36,895 bases of DNA from an uncultured Bacilli bacterium (GTDB taxonomy: Bacteria; Bacillota_I; Bacilli_A; RFN20; CAG-826): NCBI GenBank assembly GCA_905236085.1, contig CAJOOD010000015.1:1-36895 (forward strand), read 5' to 3'. The position numbers were made by a program, and so were the translations under genes. Shown here piece by piece: positions 16,357 through 25,886 of the stretch. The notes beneath the pieces are model-generated. The model made no database searches. It saw nothing but the letters and a program-made list of their open reading frames with translations, and was not told the origin of the DNA. Each line of letters begins with the position of its first letter. Position 1 is the stretch's first letter.

Positions 16357-17630
16357 TGAAAAAATTAATCGAATTATTAAATACCCTAGATGTCAGCGCT
16401 TATAAAATCAATGTTCATAAGCAAGAATCTTTCCAATTATTCTTTGTTCATGAAAAATTAGAAACTATTAGAAGCACTGATACCAAAAATACCTATATCA
16501 CCATTTATATGGAACATGGAGATTTTCTAGGCTCTACTACTTTTCAAATCTATGATTCATTATCTTTAGATGAATTAAAAGAAATGATTTTAGACGCTAA
16601 AGAAAAAGCCCTAGCTATCAATGATAGGAAATATTCATTAAATGAAAACGATAAGCAAGAATTTGTTTCTAATAGCAATTTTAAAGATTATTCTTTAAAA
16701 GAAATGGCTTATATGATTGCTGATGAACTATTTTCAGCTGAACACGAAGGTAGTGGAGCACTTAATGCCACCGAGGTCTTTGTCTATAAAAACGAAGTAT
16801 CTATCATCAATTCTAAAGGAGTTAATAAGAAAGAAACTTATTATACTTCTAAGGTGGAAACCATTCCAACATGGAACGGCGATAAAGAATCTGTGGAAGT
16901 ATATCAGCAGTTAAATTTCACGGAATTTAATAAAGAAGATATTAAAAAAGAAGTGGAAAGCAAACTAAAAGAAGCTAAAGCGAGATATTATGCGACTAGA
17001 ATTAATGAAGCAATTGATGTTCCTGTCTTATTAGGCAAAGAAGAATTAAACGAAGCCATTGCCTCTTTAGCTAAATATTCTTTAAATTATCGAGCTCTAT
17101 ATTCACATTCTAGTCCATATAAAGTAGGGGATAATATTCAATCAAATCCACAAGGTGACAAATTATCTTTGAGCGCAAAAGGAGAAGTAAAAGGTGTCTT
17201 TGGAAGTGCTTATTTTGATAATGATGGAACTACACTAAAAGATAAGGAACTAATTAAAGATGGAAAGATTACATCTTTCTTTGGCTCTAAAAGATTTGCG
17301 GAATACACCAATAATGAAGTCACTGGTAATCTCGAGGTTATTGAAATTAAAGGTGGAAGTAAGACAATTGAAGAACTCAAAAAAGAAAAACATCTTGAAT
17401 GTTTGACCTTCTCTGGTATTCAATGTGATCCTTTTCTAGATTATATTGGTGGGGAAGTAAGATTAGCCATATATTTTGATGGTGAAAAAGAAATTCCAAT
17501 TACCGGAATATCTATATCTGGCAAATTGTCTGAAGTTCTTAATAATATGTATTTATCTAAAGAATTAGGAAACACATCTTATTATCACGGTCCTGAAAAA
17601 GCTTTATTTAAAGGATTTAAAATATTCTAA
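16353..17630 (+). CDS. pmbA: PmbA/TldE-family protein (TldD partner)
   Basis: Start moved to ATG 16353, overlapping the tldD TGA (ATGATG). Paralogous motif YFDNDGTTLKDKELIKDG and no HExxxH, as expected for PmbA/TldE. Confidence 0.7.
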   Translation: MMKKLIELLNTLDVSAYKINVHKQESFQLFFVHEKLETIRSTDTKNTYITIYMEHGDFLGSTTFQIYDSLSLDELKEMILDAKEKALAINDRKYSLNENDKQEFVSNSNFKDYSLKEMAYMIADELFSAEHEGSGALNATEVFVYKNEVSIINSKGVNKKETYYTSKVETIPTWNGDKESVEVYQQLNFTEFNKEDIKKEVESKLKEAKARYYATRINEAIDVPVLLGKEELNEAIASLAKYSLNYRALYSHSSPYKVGDNIQSNPQGDKLSLSAKGEVKGVFGSAYFDNDGTTLKDKELIKDGKITSFFGSKRFAEYTNNEVTGNLEVIEIKGGSKTIEELKKEKHLECLTFSGIQCDPFLDYIGGEVRLAIYFDGEKEIPITGISISGKLSEVLNNMYLSKELGNTSYYHGPEKALFKGFKIF

Positions 17631-17654
17631 TAAAGTTGCAAATTTAAATAAAAA

Positions 17655-17680
17655 AATGGATTTTTGCATGGAAATCCATT
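17655..17680. terminator. Bidirectional terminator between pmbA and the GT2 gene
   Basis: AATGGATTT / AAATCCATT stem flanked by an A-run and a T-run. Abuts the GT2 stop codon. Confidence 0.65.
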
Positions 17681-17681
17681 T

Positions 17682-18629
17682 TTATTTTTCGCTATTTTTA
17701 ATCAATTTATAATATGATCTTTCTTGATCTAGATTGAGCTTGCCTTTTTTCTTAAAGACGTATTTTAAATCTTTTTTAGCTATGGCTTCGATTTCTTTCT
17801 TTTGCTCTTTGCTATCATATTTAGCCATCAATATATCCACTAATTTGCTAGCCCATTTTCTAAAATGAATTTTTGGTTTTAAGAAATAATTGAGATATTC
17901 TTTCTTATCATCTTTTTCTAAATCATTTCTAATAAAAGCATTGACCGCGACTTGATCGGTTATTCTTCTAGTTAGCTTAATCTGTGTCTCATTGTTTCGT
18001 TTGTTATATCTAAAGAGTTGGTCTTTGATAGAAACGACTTTATCACATTCCATAATCAATAAATAATTTAAGAAATAATCTTCATAAGTTAAATTATCTT
18101 GAGGTAAGTTAATTTTTATAGAATTAAATAAATCGGCTTTATAAATCTTCGTGGTCACAAATCCATGGAATGAATAATCATTAAGTAAGGTCTTAAAAGC
18201 CCCTAATCGATCATAAGTAGCGTTTTTGGATATTATGGATTTCTTTTCTCTATTTTTATTTCTTAAATAAGTAATTCCACAGTTAACAATATCTGCGGAT
18301 TCCCTAACGATAGTCTCATACATGACTTGAATCATATTCTTAGAATATTCATCATCGGCATCTAAAAACATAATATAATCGCCTTTTGCTAACTTAACAC
18401 CCTCTAATCTAGACAATAGGGGAGAAGCAAAATTTACTGATTTATAAGTCAGTTTTGCAGACTTTTTTTCATATTTTGCCAATAATTCTTCGCAATTATC
18501 GGTGGAAGAATCATCGATTAATATGATTTCGAAGTCCTTATCAAATGTTTGGTTTGTTAATGAATCAATAGCGTTTGATATATATCTAGATGAATTGTGT
18601 GCGGTAATAACCACAGAAACTTTACACAT
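17682..18629 (-). CDS. Family 2 glycosyltransferase
   Basis: VSVVITAHNSSRYISNAIDSLTNQTF, EIILIDDSSTDN, LDADDE (DxD). Confidence 0.85.
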   Translation of the reverse strand: MCKVSVVITAHNSSRYISNAIDSLTNQTFDKDFEIILIDDSSTDNCEELLAKYEKKSAKLTYKSVNFASPLLSRLEGVKLAKGDYIMFLDADDEYSKNMIQVMYETIVRESADIVNCGITYLRNKNREKKSIISKNATYDRLGAFKTLLNDYSFHGFVTTKIYKADLFNSIKINLPQDNLTYEDYFLNYLLIMECDKVVSIKDQLFRYNKRNNETQIKLTRRITDQVAVNAFIRNDLEKDDKKEYLNYFLKPKIHFRKWASKLVDILMAKYDSKEQKKEIEAIAKKDLKYVFKKKGKLNLDQERSYYKLIKNSEK

Positions 18630-18646
18630 ATTGATATTTTAACACA

Positions 18647-18798
18647 TTATTTAGGAATAAGGTTGTGAAATTATTTTTTCAACACTGCTTTTATAAGCAA
18701 TTTAAATTTCAATACCTATTTTATTAACACTGTTGATATTTCTGTAAACAAGATACTTGCTAACCTATTACTTAAAAACTCGTGCTATTCCTAAATAA
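18647..18798. repeat. 13-bp inverted repeat pair bracketing the GT2/lipoprotein divergent intergenic region
   Basis: TTATTTAGGAATA (18647-18659) and TATTCCTAAATAA (18786-18798) are exact reverse complements, 126 nt apart. AACAC(T/A) occurs three times between and around them. Confidence 0.5.
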
Positions 18799-18863
18799 AG
18801 AACAGCACACATTAAAGTAAAAATATAGTGCTATTTTTAAACGGATAAATTATATTTATATTT

Positions 18864-20387
18864 ATGAAAAAAATATTTTCACTTTTTATTTTGACTCTAT
18901 CATTAACACTCGTTGGATGTAATAATGTTGAATCTCTAGCATCCTCCTCTTACTCATCATCAACCACATCCTCAGAAAGTTATGATGATGAATTATTAGT
19001 TTATGAATGTAAAGAAGAATTAATTGAGGACGCAACAAAATATCCCTACACTCTTAATAATGCTTATAACGCCACTATGGAATATAACTATAAAGATTTA
19101 TCAAGGCATTATTATTATAATGTTGATTACATGCCTACTAGAGGGGATGTTAATGTTTTAGTCATCCCTGTTAAATTTGCAAATTATACAAAATATAGTA
19201 GACAGATTCATCGCCAAAAAATATATGATGCTTTCTTTGGTAGCAGCGAAGAAACCGGATGGGAATCAGTATCATCTTATTATTATAAAGATTCTTATGG
19301 TTCTTTAAGAATGTCAGGAGTGGTCACTGAATTTTATGAAGCTGAATACGAAAGCAGCCTTAATTTTCGAGGGACCATGGATATATTAACTGACGCTGTT
19401 GAATGGTATAAAGAACGTTATAATGATGATGGCAAGAAATTTGATAGCGATGGTGATGGCTTTATTGATGCAGTAGCCTTAATTTATAATGCTCCCGCTC
19501 ATTATGAAAACAATGAAAATCTATGGGCCTATACTTATTGGGCACAAGATAGACCTAATATATCTTCGCCAGTTGCAAATGCTTTCTTCTGGGGTTCTGT
19601 CAGTTTCTTATATTCCGACCAAAATATTTCTATCGATTCCCATACTTATATTCATGAATTCGGTCATATCATGGGACTAGAAGACTATTATAATTATAAT
19701 TCTAATTATGGCAGCTATGCTGGTGGATTTTCCATGCAAGATTTTAATGTCGGAGATCACGACCCATTTTCAAAATTGATATTAGGCTGGGCTAGGCCAA
19801 TTGTCGTTAAGGATACTACCACTATTGAATTATCTCCAACAACAACTTCTGGGCAGATGATCGTTTTAAAACCAGATAATTATGATATGGTTTCTCCATT
19901 TGATGAATATCTAATTATTGAGTTCTATACTCCTTTATATCTAAATCAGCAAGATACTACTTATGCTTATTCTTATGGCTATCCAACTGGTAGCAAGGAA
20001 AGCGGGATAAGATTGTGGCATGTCGATGCTAGATTATTAAAAAATTATTATGATACTGGAATTCTTGATTTCACTAATACCATAGAAGACGGCAATAGAT
20101 ATATTGTTTGTTCTTCTAACACCACTGGTCAAGCGGTTGACTTAGATTGCAGTGAATTTAGATTAAATAAATTATTAAGAAAAGGAAAAGAAACATCGTT
20201 TGAACTCGGTGAATATTTCTCCACAAAAGATTTATTTGTCGAGGGTGATACATTTACCATGGAAGATTATAAAGAATCATTCACCAACGAAGGATTGCTC
20301 AATAGTGGAGAATCTTTAGGTTTCTCTTTCAGTGTCGATTCAATCATCAAAAATCAAAAAGCGGTTATAAGCATAGTAAAGGAATAA
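18864..20387 (+). CDS. Lipoprotein, M6 (immune inhibitor A)-like zinc metalloprotease
   Basis: Signal peptide with lipobox LTLVGC. VLVIPVKFAN, SVSSYYYKDSYGSL, DGFIDAVALIY and HEFGHIMGLEDYY (HExxH). No obvious SD before the ATG. Confidence 0.75.
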   Translation: MKKIFSLFILTLSLTLVGCNNVESLASSSYSSSTTSSESYDDELLVYECKEELIEDATKYPYTLNNAYNATMEYNYKDLSRHYYYNVDYMPTRGDVNVLVIPVKFANYTKYSRQIHRQKIYDAFFGSSEETGWESVSSYYYKDSYGSLRMSGVVTEFYEAEYESSLNFRGTMDILTDAVEWYKERYNDDGKKFDSDGDGFIDAVALIYNAPAHYENNENLWAYTYWAQDRPNISSPVANAFFWGSVSFLYSDQNISIDSHTYIHEFGHIMGLEDYYNYNSNYGSYAGGFSMQDFNVGDHDPFSKLILGWARPIVVKDTTTIELSPTTTSGQMIVLKPDNYDMVSPFDEYLIIEFYTPLYLNQQDTTYAYSYGYPTGSKESGIRLWHVDARLLKNYYDTGILDFTNTIEDGNRYIVCSSNTTGQAVDLDCSEFRLNKLLRKGKETSFELGEYFSTKDLFVEGDTFTMEDYKESFTNEGLLNSGESLGFSFSVDSIIKNQKAVISIVKE

Positions 20388-20391
20388 AATT

Positions 20392-20976
20392 ATGGATGTT
20401 GTTATAGCGAAGAAGAAGGAATTTAAAATCATCGAAAAATTAGGTGATAGATCATATAAAGTCAAAAGAAAAAATAAAGAATATTTTCTTAAAAAAATTG
20501 GTCTAGAAAACGATGAATTTGATAAGTGGATTAAAGATTATAAATTCTTAAAAACCGCGGGAATTAATATGCCTAAAATGCGCATAATTGATAAAAAAGA
20601 AGGGATTTTTGTCGAGGATTTTATTCCAGGCGAGACTGTTTTTGATGTTTTATTATGGAGAGATTTAGAAAACGATTATTTCCGTAATGTCTTTGTTAAT
20701 GAATTCTATGAAAAGCAAGATAATTTCTCTTTGAATTATGAGCCTATTAATTGGAAATTATATAACGGAAAATTATATTATCTCTTGCATGAATATAAAA
20801 GAGGCTTCAAAGAAGAAACGTCCTTTACTAAAAGAGGTATATATTATTGGTTCTATACCAAGGAATTCGCAGATTATGCTCTTAATAGAGGAAAGAAGAA
20901 AGACCTTTCTAGACTTAAAAATGAATATGAAACCAATAGAGAAATATTAAAGACTGTTGTACAATTTCATATCTAA
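20392..20976 (+). CDS. Hypothetical protein (194 aa), coupled to the metalloprotease gene
   Basis: Intact ORF 4 nt after the upstream stop, with AAGGA upstream. No secure motif. Confidence 0.6.
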   Translation: MDVVIAKKKEFKIIEKLGDRSYKVKRKNKEYFLKKIGLENDEFDKWIKDYKFLKTAGINMPKMRIIDKKEGIFVEDFIPGETVFDVLLWRDLENDYFRNVFVNEFYEKQDNFSLNYEPINWKLYNGKLYYLLHEYKRGFKEETSFTKRGIYYWFYTKEFADYALNRGKKKDLSRLKNEYETNREILKTVVQFHI

Positions 20977-20982
20977 AGGTGA

Positions 20983-22109
<1,127 letters not shown>

Positions 22110-22110
<1 letters not shown>

Positions 22111-23147
22111 TGGATATTTCGTTATTTGACTTTGATTTACCAGAAGAATTAATCGCTCAATCTCCATCGGAAAAAAGAGACTTTTCTCGTCTTTTAGTGG
22201 TCGATAAAGATAAGATGACTTATGAAGATAAACACTTTTATGACATCATCGATTATTTACGACCTGGGGATGTATTAATAAGAAATAATACCAAGGTCAT
22301 TCCTGCAAGATTATTCGGAGTTAAAGAAGAAACTCATGCCCATGTAGAAGTATTATTGCTCCATCAAGAAAAAGATGATATTTGGGAATGTTTATGCGGT
22401 AACGCTAAAACGATTAAAGTTGGTACTAAAATTGATTTTGGTGAAGGTGAATTAGTCGGAGAATGCTTAGAAGTTAAAGATGAAGGGCTAAGACTGATAA
22501 AATTCCATTATCAAGGCATCTTTTATGAAGTGTTAGATAAATTAGGCAAGATGCCTTTACCCCCATATATTAAAAAACAACTCGCTGGAAATGATAGATA
22601 TCAAACAGTTTATGCAAAAGTGGAGGGTAGCGCTGCCGCTCCGACAGCAGGCTTCCATTTCACTGAGGAATTATTTGAGAAAATTAAGGCGAAAGGTGTC
22701 GAAGTAGTGGATATCACTCTTCATATTGGGCTTGGTACATTTAGACCAGTTAAGGTCAAAGACACCAAAGATCATGTCATGCATAGCGAATTTTATAACA
22801 TATCTAAGGAGGCCACAAATAGATTAAACAAGGCCAAAAAAGAGGGGAGAAGATTAATCGCAATTGGAACGACTTCTACTCGTACTTTAGAAGCAAATTA
22901 TCAAAAATATGGCACTTTTACCGAAACTTTTGAAGCAACTAACATATTTATCCAACCTGGATATCAATATAAAGCTATCGATTGTTTGATCACTAATTTC
23001 CATCTACCTAAGTCTACTTTAATCATGCTTGTTTCCGCTTTTGCTGGTCGCGAATTTATCTTAGATTGTTATAAGCATGCGGTATCAGAAAGATATAGAT
23101 TCTTCTCGTTTGGGGATGCGATGTTTATTTATGGATCAAATCATTAA
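22110..23147 (+). CDS. queA: S-adenosylmethionine:tRNA ribosyltransferase-isomerase
   Basis: [36 protein letters not shown] 22110 overlaps the tgt TGA (TGATG); the TTG at 22107 is rejected. Confidence 0.93.
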
Positions 23148-23775
23148 TTATCACAAATTGATGAAAGAAGAACTTGCTACTTTTGATGGCAAGAAGAAGA
23201 AAATATTGCTCCATGTTTGCTGTGGACCATGTTTTTCTGTTCCTTTTAAAAGACTACAAGATTATTTTGATATCACCATTATGTATGATAATTCCAATAT
23301 CTATCCTGAAGAGGAATATGAAAGAAGATTGATGGAATTAAGGTGGTATTTAGGTCTGCTTGGTGAGGCAAAGAATATTAAAATTATTGCTCCAGAGTAT
23401 AATTACGAAGAATTTGAAAAGGATCTCTTGCCATATAAAGATCTTCCTGAAGGTCATGAAAGATGTCGCGTCTGTTTTAAAAAGAGATTATCTTATGCTT
23501 ATGAATATGCTTCTAATAATGGCTTTGATTATTGCTCGACAGTTATGTCCATTTCTCGATATAAAAATTCGCAAGATTTAAATAGGATTGGCAAGGAATT
23601 AGAGAAAAAATACCCTAATGTTAAATGGCTTTATGCTGATTTTAAGAAGGAAGGCGGATATGAAGAAGAGCTCGATATTTGCCGCAAATGTGGGATGTAT
23701 TTTCAAAAATATTGCGGATGTCGATTCTCTTATGAAAAAATGCTAGAAAAGCAAGCTAAAAAGACTGATAAATAA
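23131..23775 (+). CDS. queH: Epoxyqueuosine reductase QueH (DUF208)
   Basis: INYHK...[11 protein letters not shown] plus later Cys pairs (CRVC, YCGC). Start set at ATG 23131 (17-nt overlap with queA), matching typical QueH N-termini. Confidence 0.85.
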   Translation: MDQIINYHKLMKEELATFDGKKKKILLHVCCGPCFSVPFKRLQDYFDITIMYDNSNIYPEEEYERRLMELRWYLGLLGEAKNIKIIAPEYNYEEFEKDLLPYKDLPEGHERCRVCFKKRLSYAYEYASNNGFDYCSTVMSISRYKNSQDLNRIGKELEKKYPNVKWLYADFKKEGGYEEELDICRKCGMYFQKYCGCRFSYEKMLEKQAKKTDK

Positions 23776-23805
23776 GCAAAACTCACTTATTTTTCTGAAA
23801 CTTAG

Positions 23806-23828
23806 TTCATGCAAGCATGAATTTTTTT
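23806..23828 (+). terminator. Rho-independent terminator after queH
   Basis: TTCATG / CATGAA stem (23806-23821) followed by T7 (23822-23828). Confidence 0.7.
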
Positions 23829-23911
23829 CTTTTGCCATCAAAGAGGCGTTATCGATAGATGTATTAGAAGGACTTGTTAGAGATGCAACTTGAAGGCTCG
23901 AATATAGGCCT

Positions 23912-23940
23912 AAAAAAATGAAAAATTTGCAAAAATTTGT
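23912..23940. promoter_or_regulatory. Phased A-tracts / tandem AAAAATTTG[C/T] 10-mers upstream of the rpsJ promoter (probable DNA curvature)
   Basis: A-tracts begin at 23912, 23921 and 23931. 23921-23930 and 23931-23940 are near-identical 10-mers. Confidence 0.35.
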
Positions 23941-24046
23941 ATGCTCAAGAGGGCTGAATTTGACTTTGTTCATAATTTTTTTGCACAAAATTTTTAGCGT
24001 CCATTCTAGGTATAAAAAATTTCTTATATATTTTAAATATAAAGTA

Positions 24047-24075
24047 TTGACATGCACACTCTATACGTGTATATT
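24047..24075 (+). promoter_or_regulatory. Strong sigma-70-type promoter of the S10 operon
   Basis: TTGACA (24047-24052), 17-nt spacer, TATATT (24070-24075). AT-rich UP-like stretch at 24010-24046. Confidence 0.7.
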
Positions 24076-24081
24076 TATTAA

Positions 24082-24207
24082 CGTTGACTGCGCGTTGATA
24101 TGCGAGGTTGCCGATACGCCAACAGGCGTTGTCAAGAAAGGCTATCGGGGAATTCGTGTTGAGCAAATGTCACAAAAGGCCTGATAAACATGAAAGGAGA
24201 TTAAATC
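24082..24207 (+). promoter_or_regulatory. ~126-nt GC-enriched 5' leader of rpsJ, possibly structured or autoregulatory
   Basis: Hairpin ACGCC-AACA-GGCGT (24116-24129) nested in CCGAT/ATCGG (24111-24115 / 24144-24148). CGTTG repeated at 24082, 24093 and 24127. Confidence 0.3.
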
Positions 24208-24519
24208 ATGGCAAAAACAACCAAGATTAGGGTTCGCTTAAAAGCTTATGATCATGCAGTGCTTGATGCTAGTGCCGCGAAGATTGTAGCCGCAGCGAAA
24301 AACACAAAGGCTAGTGTAGTTGGCCCAATTCCGCTCCCAACGGAAAAACAAGTGTTCACAATCTTAAGAGCGGTTCACAAATACAAAGACGCTCGTGAAC
24401 AATTTGAAATTAGAACTCACAAGAGATTGATCGATATCACCAATCCAACTAAGGAAACAATGGATGCGTTAAGAAACTTAGACTTACCATCAGGAGTTGA
24501 TATCGACATCAAATTATAG
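24208..24519 (+). CDS. rpsJ: 30S ribosomal protein S10
   Basis: [14 protein letters not shown]...GPIPLPT. First gene of the S10 operon. Confidence 0.97.
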   Translation: MAKTTKIRVRLKAYDHAVLDASAAKIVAAAKNTKASVVGPIPLPTEKQVFTILRAVHKYKDAREQFEIRTHKRLIDITNPTKETMDALRNLDLPSGVDIDIKL

Positions 24520-24532
24520 GAGGTAAGACACC

Positions 24533-25219
24533 ATGAAAGCTATATTAGGTAGAAAAATGGGCATGACTCAAGTCTTCGCTGATGATGGCACAATGTATGC
24601 TGTTACGGTAGTTGAAGTCTTACCAAACGTCGTTACACAAGTTAAAACCGTTGAAAAAGATGGTTATGTAGCAGTTCAAGTCGGTTACGAAGATAAGAAA
24701 GAAACCCGTACCAATAAACCAATAAAGGGTATCGACCTTAAAGCCGGAACCGCCTGCAAATATCATCACCGTGAATTAAAAGGCGATGAAATGGCTTCCT
24801 ACAAAGTCGGCGACTTATTAACCGCTGATATGTTCAAAGCCGGAGATGTCGTTGATGTCATCGGCACATCCAAAGGTAGAGGATATGCTGGCACCATTAA
24901 GAGATGGCATCACACAATCGGTCCAAAAGGTCATGGTTCTGGTTATCATAGAGGTCAAGGATCATTCGCTAACAATGGTCGTTACAACCACGGTGTTATG
25001 CCAGGAAAACACATGTCTGGACATATGGGTAACAAATCCGCAACAGTTCTCAATCTCGTAGTTGTAGAATCCAATGCTGAAAAAGGTTACTTATTAATCA
25101 AAGGTGGCGTCCCAGGTTCTAAGAAATCCTTAGTAACAGTTCGCTCCCCAATTAAAACTCAAAAAGGTACTCCAGTTGTAAAAGCAATCATTAACCGCTC
25201 CGCAGCTGAAGCCAAATAA
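24533..25219 (+). CDS. rplC: 50S ribosomal protein L3
   Basis: GRKMGMTQVF, SKGRGYAGTIKRWH. AGGAGG upstream. Confidence 0.97.
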   Translation: MKAILGRKMGMTQVFADDGTMYAVTVVEVLPNVVTQVKTVEKDGYVAVQVGYEDKKETRTNKPIKGIDLKAGTACKYHHRELKGDEMASYKVGDLLTADMFKAGDVVDVIGTSKGRGYAGTIKRWHHTIGPKGHGSGYHRGQGSFANNGRYNHGVMPGKHMSGHMGNKSATVLNLVVVESNAEKGYLLIKGGVPGSKKSLVTVRSPIKTQKGTPVVKAIINRSAAEAK

Positions 25220-25242
25220 TGATAGAAAGGAGAGTATGAAAT

Positions 25243-25884
25243 ATGGCAGAAAAGAAATCCGTAAGCGTTAAGGTTTATAACCAAGCTGGTGAAGAAGTTT
25301 CCAAACTCGCCCTTGATGCTAAAGTATTCGGTGTTGAACCAAACAATCAAGCTATGTTCGATGCTGTCCAAGTATATCAAGCTAACTCTCGTCAAGGTAC
25401 GGCTAAAACTAAAGTCAGACATGAAGTGAGTGGCGGTGGTAAAAAACCTTGGAGACAAAAAGGAACAGGCCGTGCTCGTGCCGGTTCATCTCGTTCCCCA
25501 ATCTGGGTTGGAGGCGGTACCGTCTTTGGTCCAGTTGGAAACCAAAATTGGAAACTTTCTCAAAATAAAGAAGAACATCGCGTCGCGTTAAGATCCGCTT
25601 TATCCTTAAAAGTTAAAGAATGCTTAGTAGTCGTCGATGAACTCAAATTTGAAGAAATTAAAACCAAAAACTTCGTCAAAGTATTAGAAAACTTACACTT
25701 AGATTCCGCGAAACTCTTAGTGGTTGATGAAGAATTAAGCGACAACTTAGTTAAATCCGCTGATAATGTTGGATTTGTCAAATTAGTAGTCCCAGGCAAT
25801 GTAAGCGTTTATGACTTACTCAATGCTGATGGCTTATTAATCACTAAGAACGCTATCAAGAAATTAGAGGAGGCTTTGAAATAA
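25243..25884 (+). CDS. rplD: 50S ribosomal protein L4
   Basis: GGGKKPWRQKGTGRARAGSSRSPIWVGGG. Confidence 0.97.
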   Translation: MAEKKSVSVKVYNQAGEEVSKLALDAKVFGVEPNNQAMFDAVQVYQANSRQGTAKTKVRHEVSGGGKKPWRQKGTGRARAGSSRSPIWVGGGTVFGPVGNQNWKLSQNKEEHRVALRSALSLKVKECLVVVDELKFEEIKTKNFVKVLENLHLDSAKLLVVDEELSDNLVKSADNVGFVKLVVPGNVSVYDLLNADGLLITKNAIKKLEEALK

Positions 25885-25886
25885 TT

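Noticed and set aside
20392-20976. The 194-aa ORF as a degenerate kinase-fold (pseudokinase) protein: FKIIEKLGDRSYKV / EYFLKK / EDFIPGE resemble an N-lobe, and NYEPINW resembles a catalytic loop with Asp replaced by Asn
   Set aside because: The pattern match is weak and by eye only. The protein is too short for a full kinase fold. I cannot support this without a profile or structure search.
23921-23940. Tandem 10-mers as a CRISPR or minisatellite array
   Set aside because: There are only two copies of a 10-nt A/T unit, with no spacer structure. They are better explained as phased A-tracts upstream of a strong promoter.
23743-24184. Three track ORFs (104 aa minus, 88 aa plus, 73 aa minus) in the spacer upstream of rpsJ
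   Set aside because: They have no SD, they overlap each other, the queH terminator and the near-consensus rpsJ promoter, and their translations show no motifs. I treated the region as regulatory DNA.
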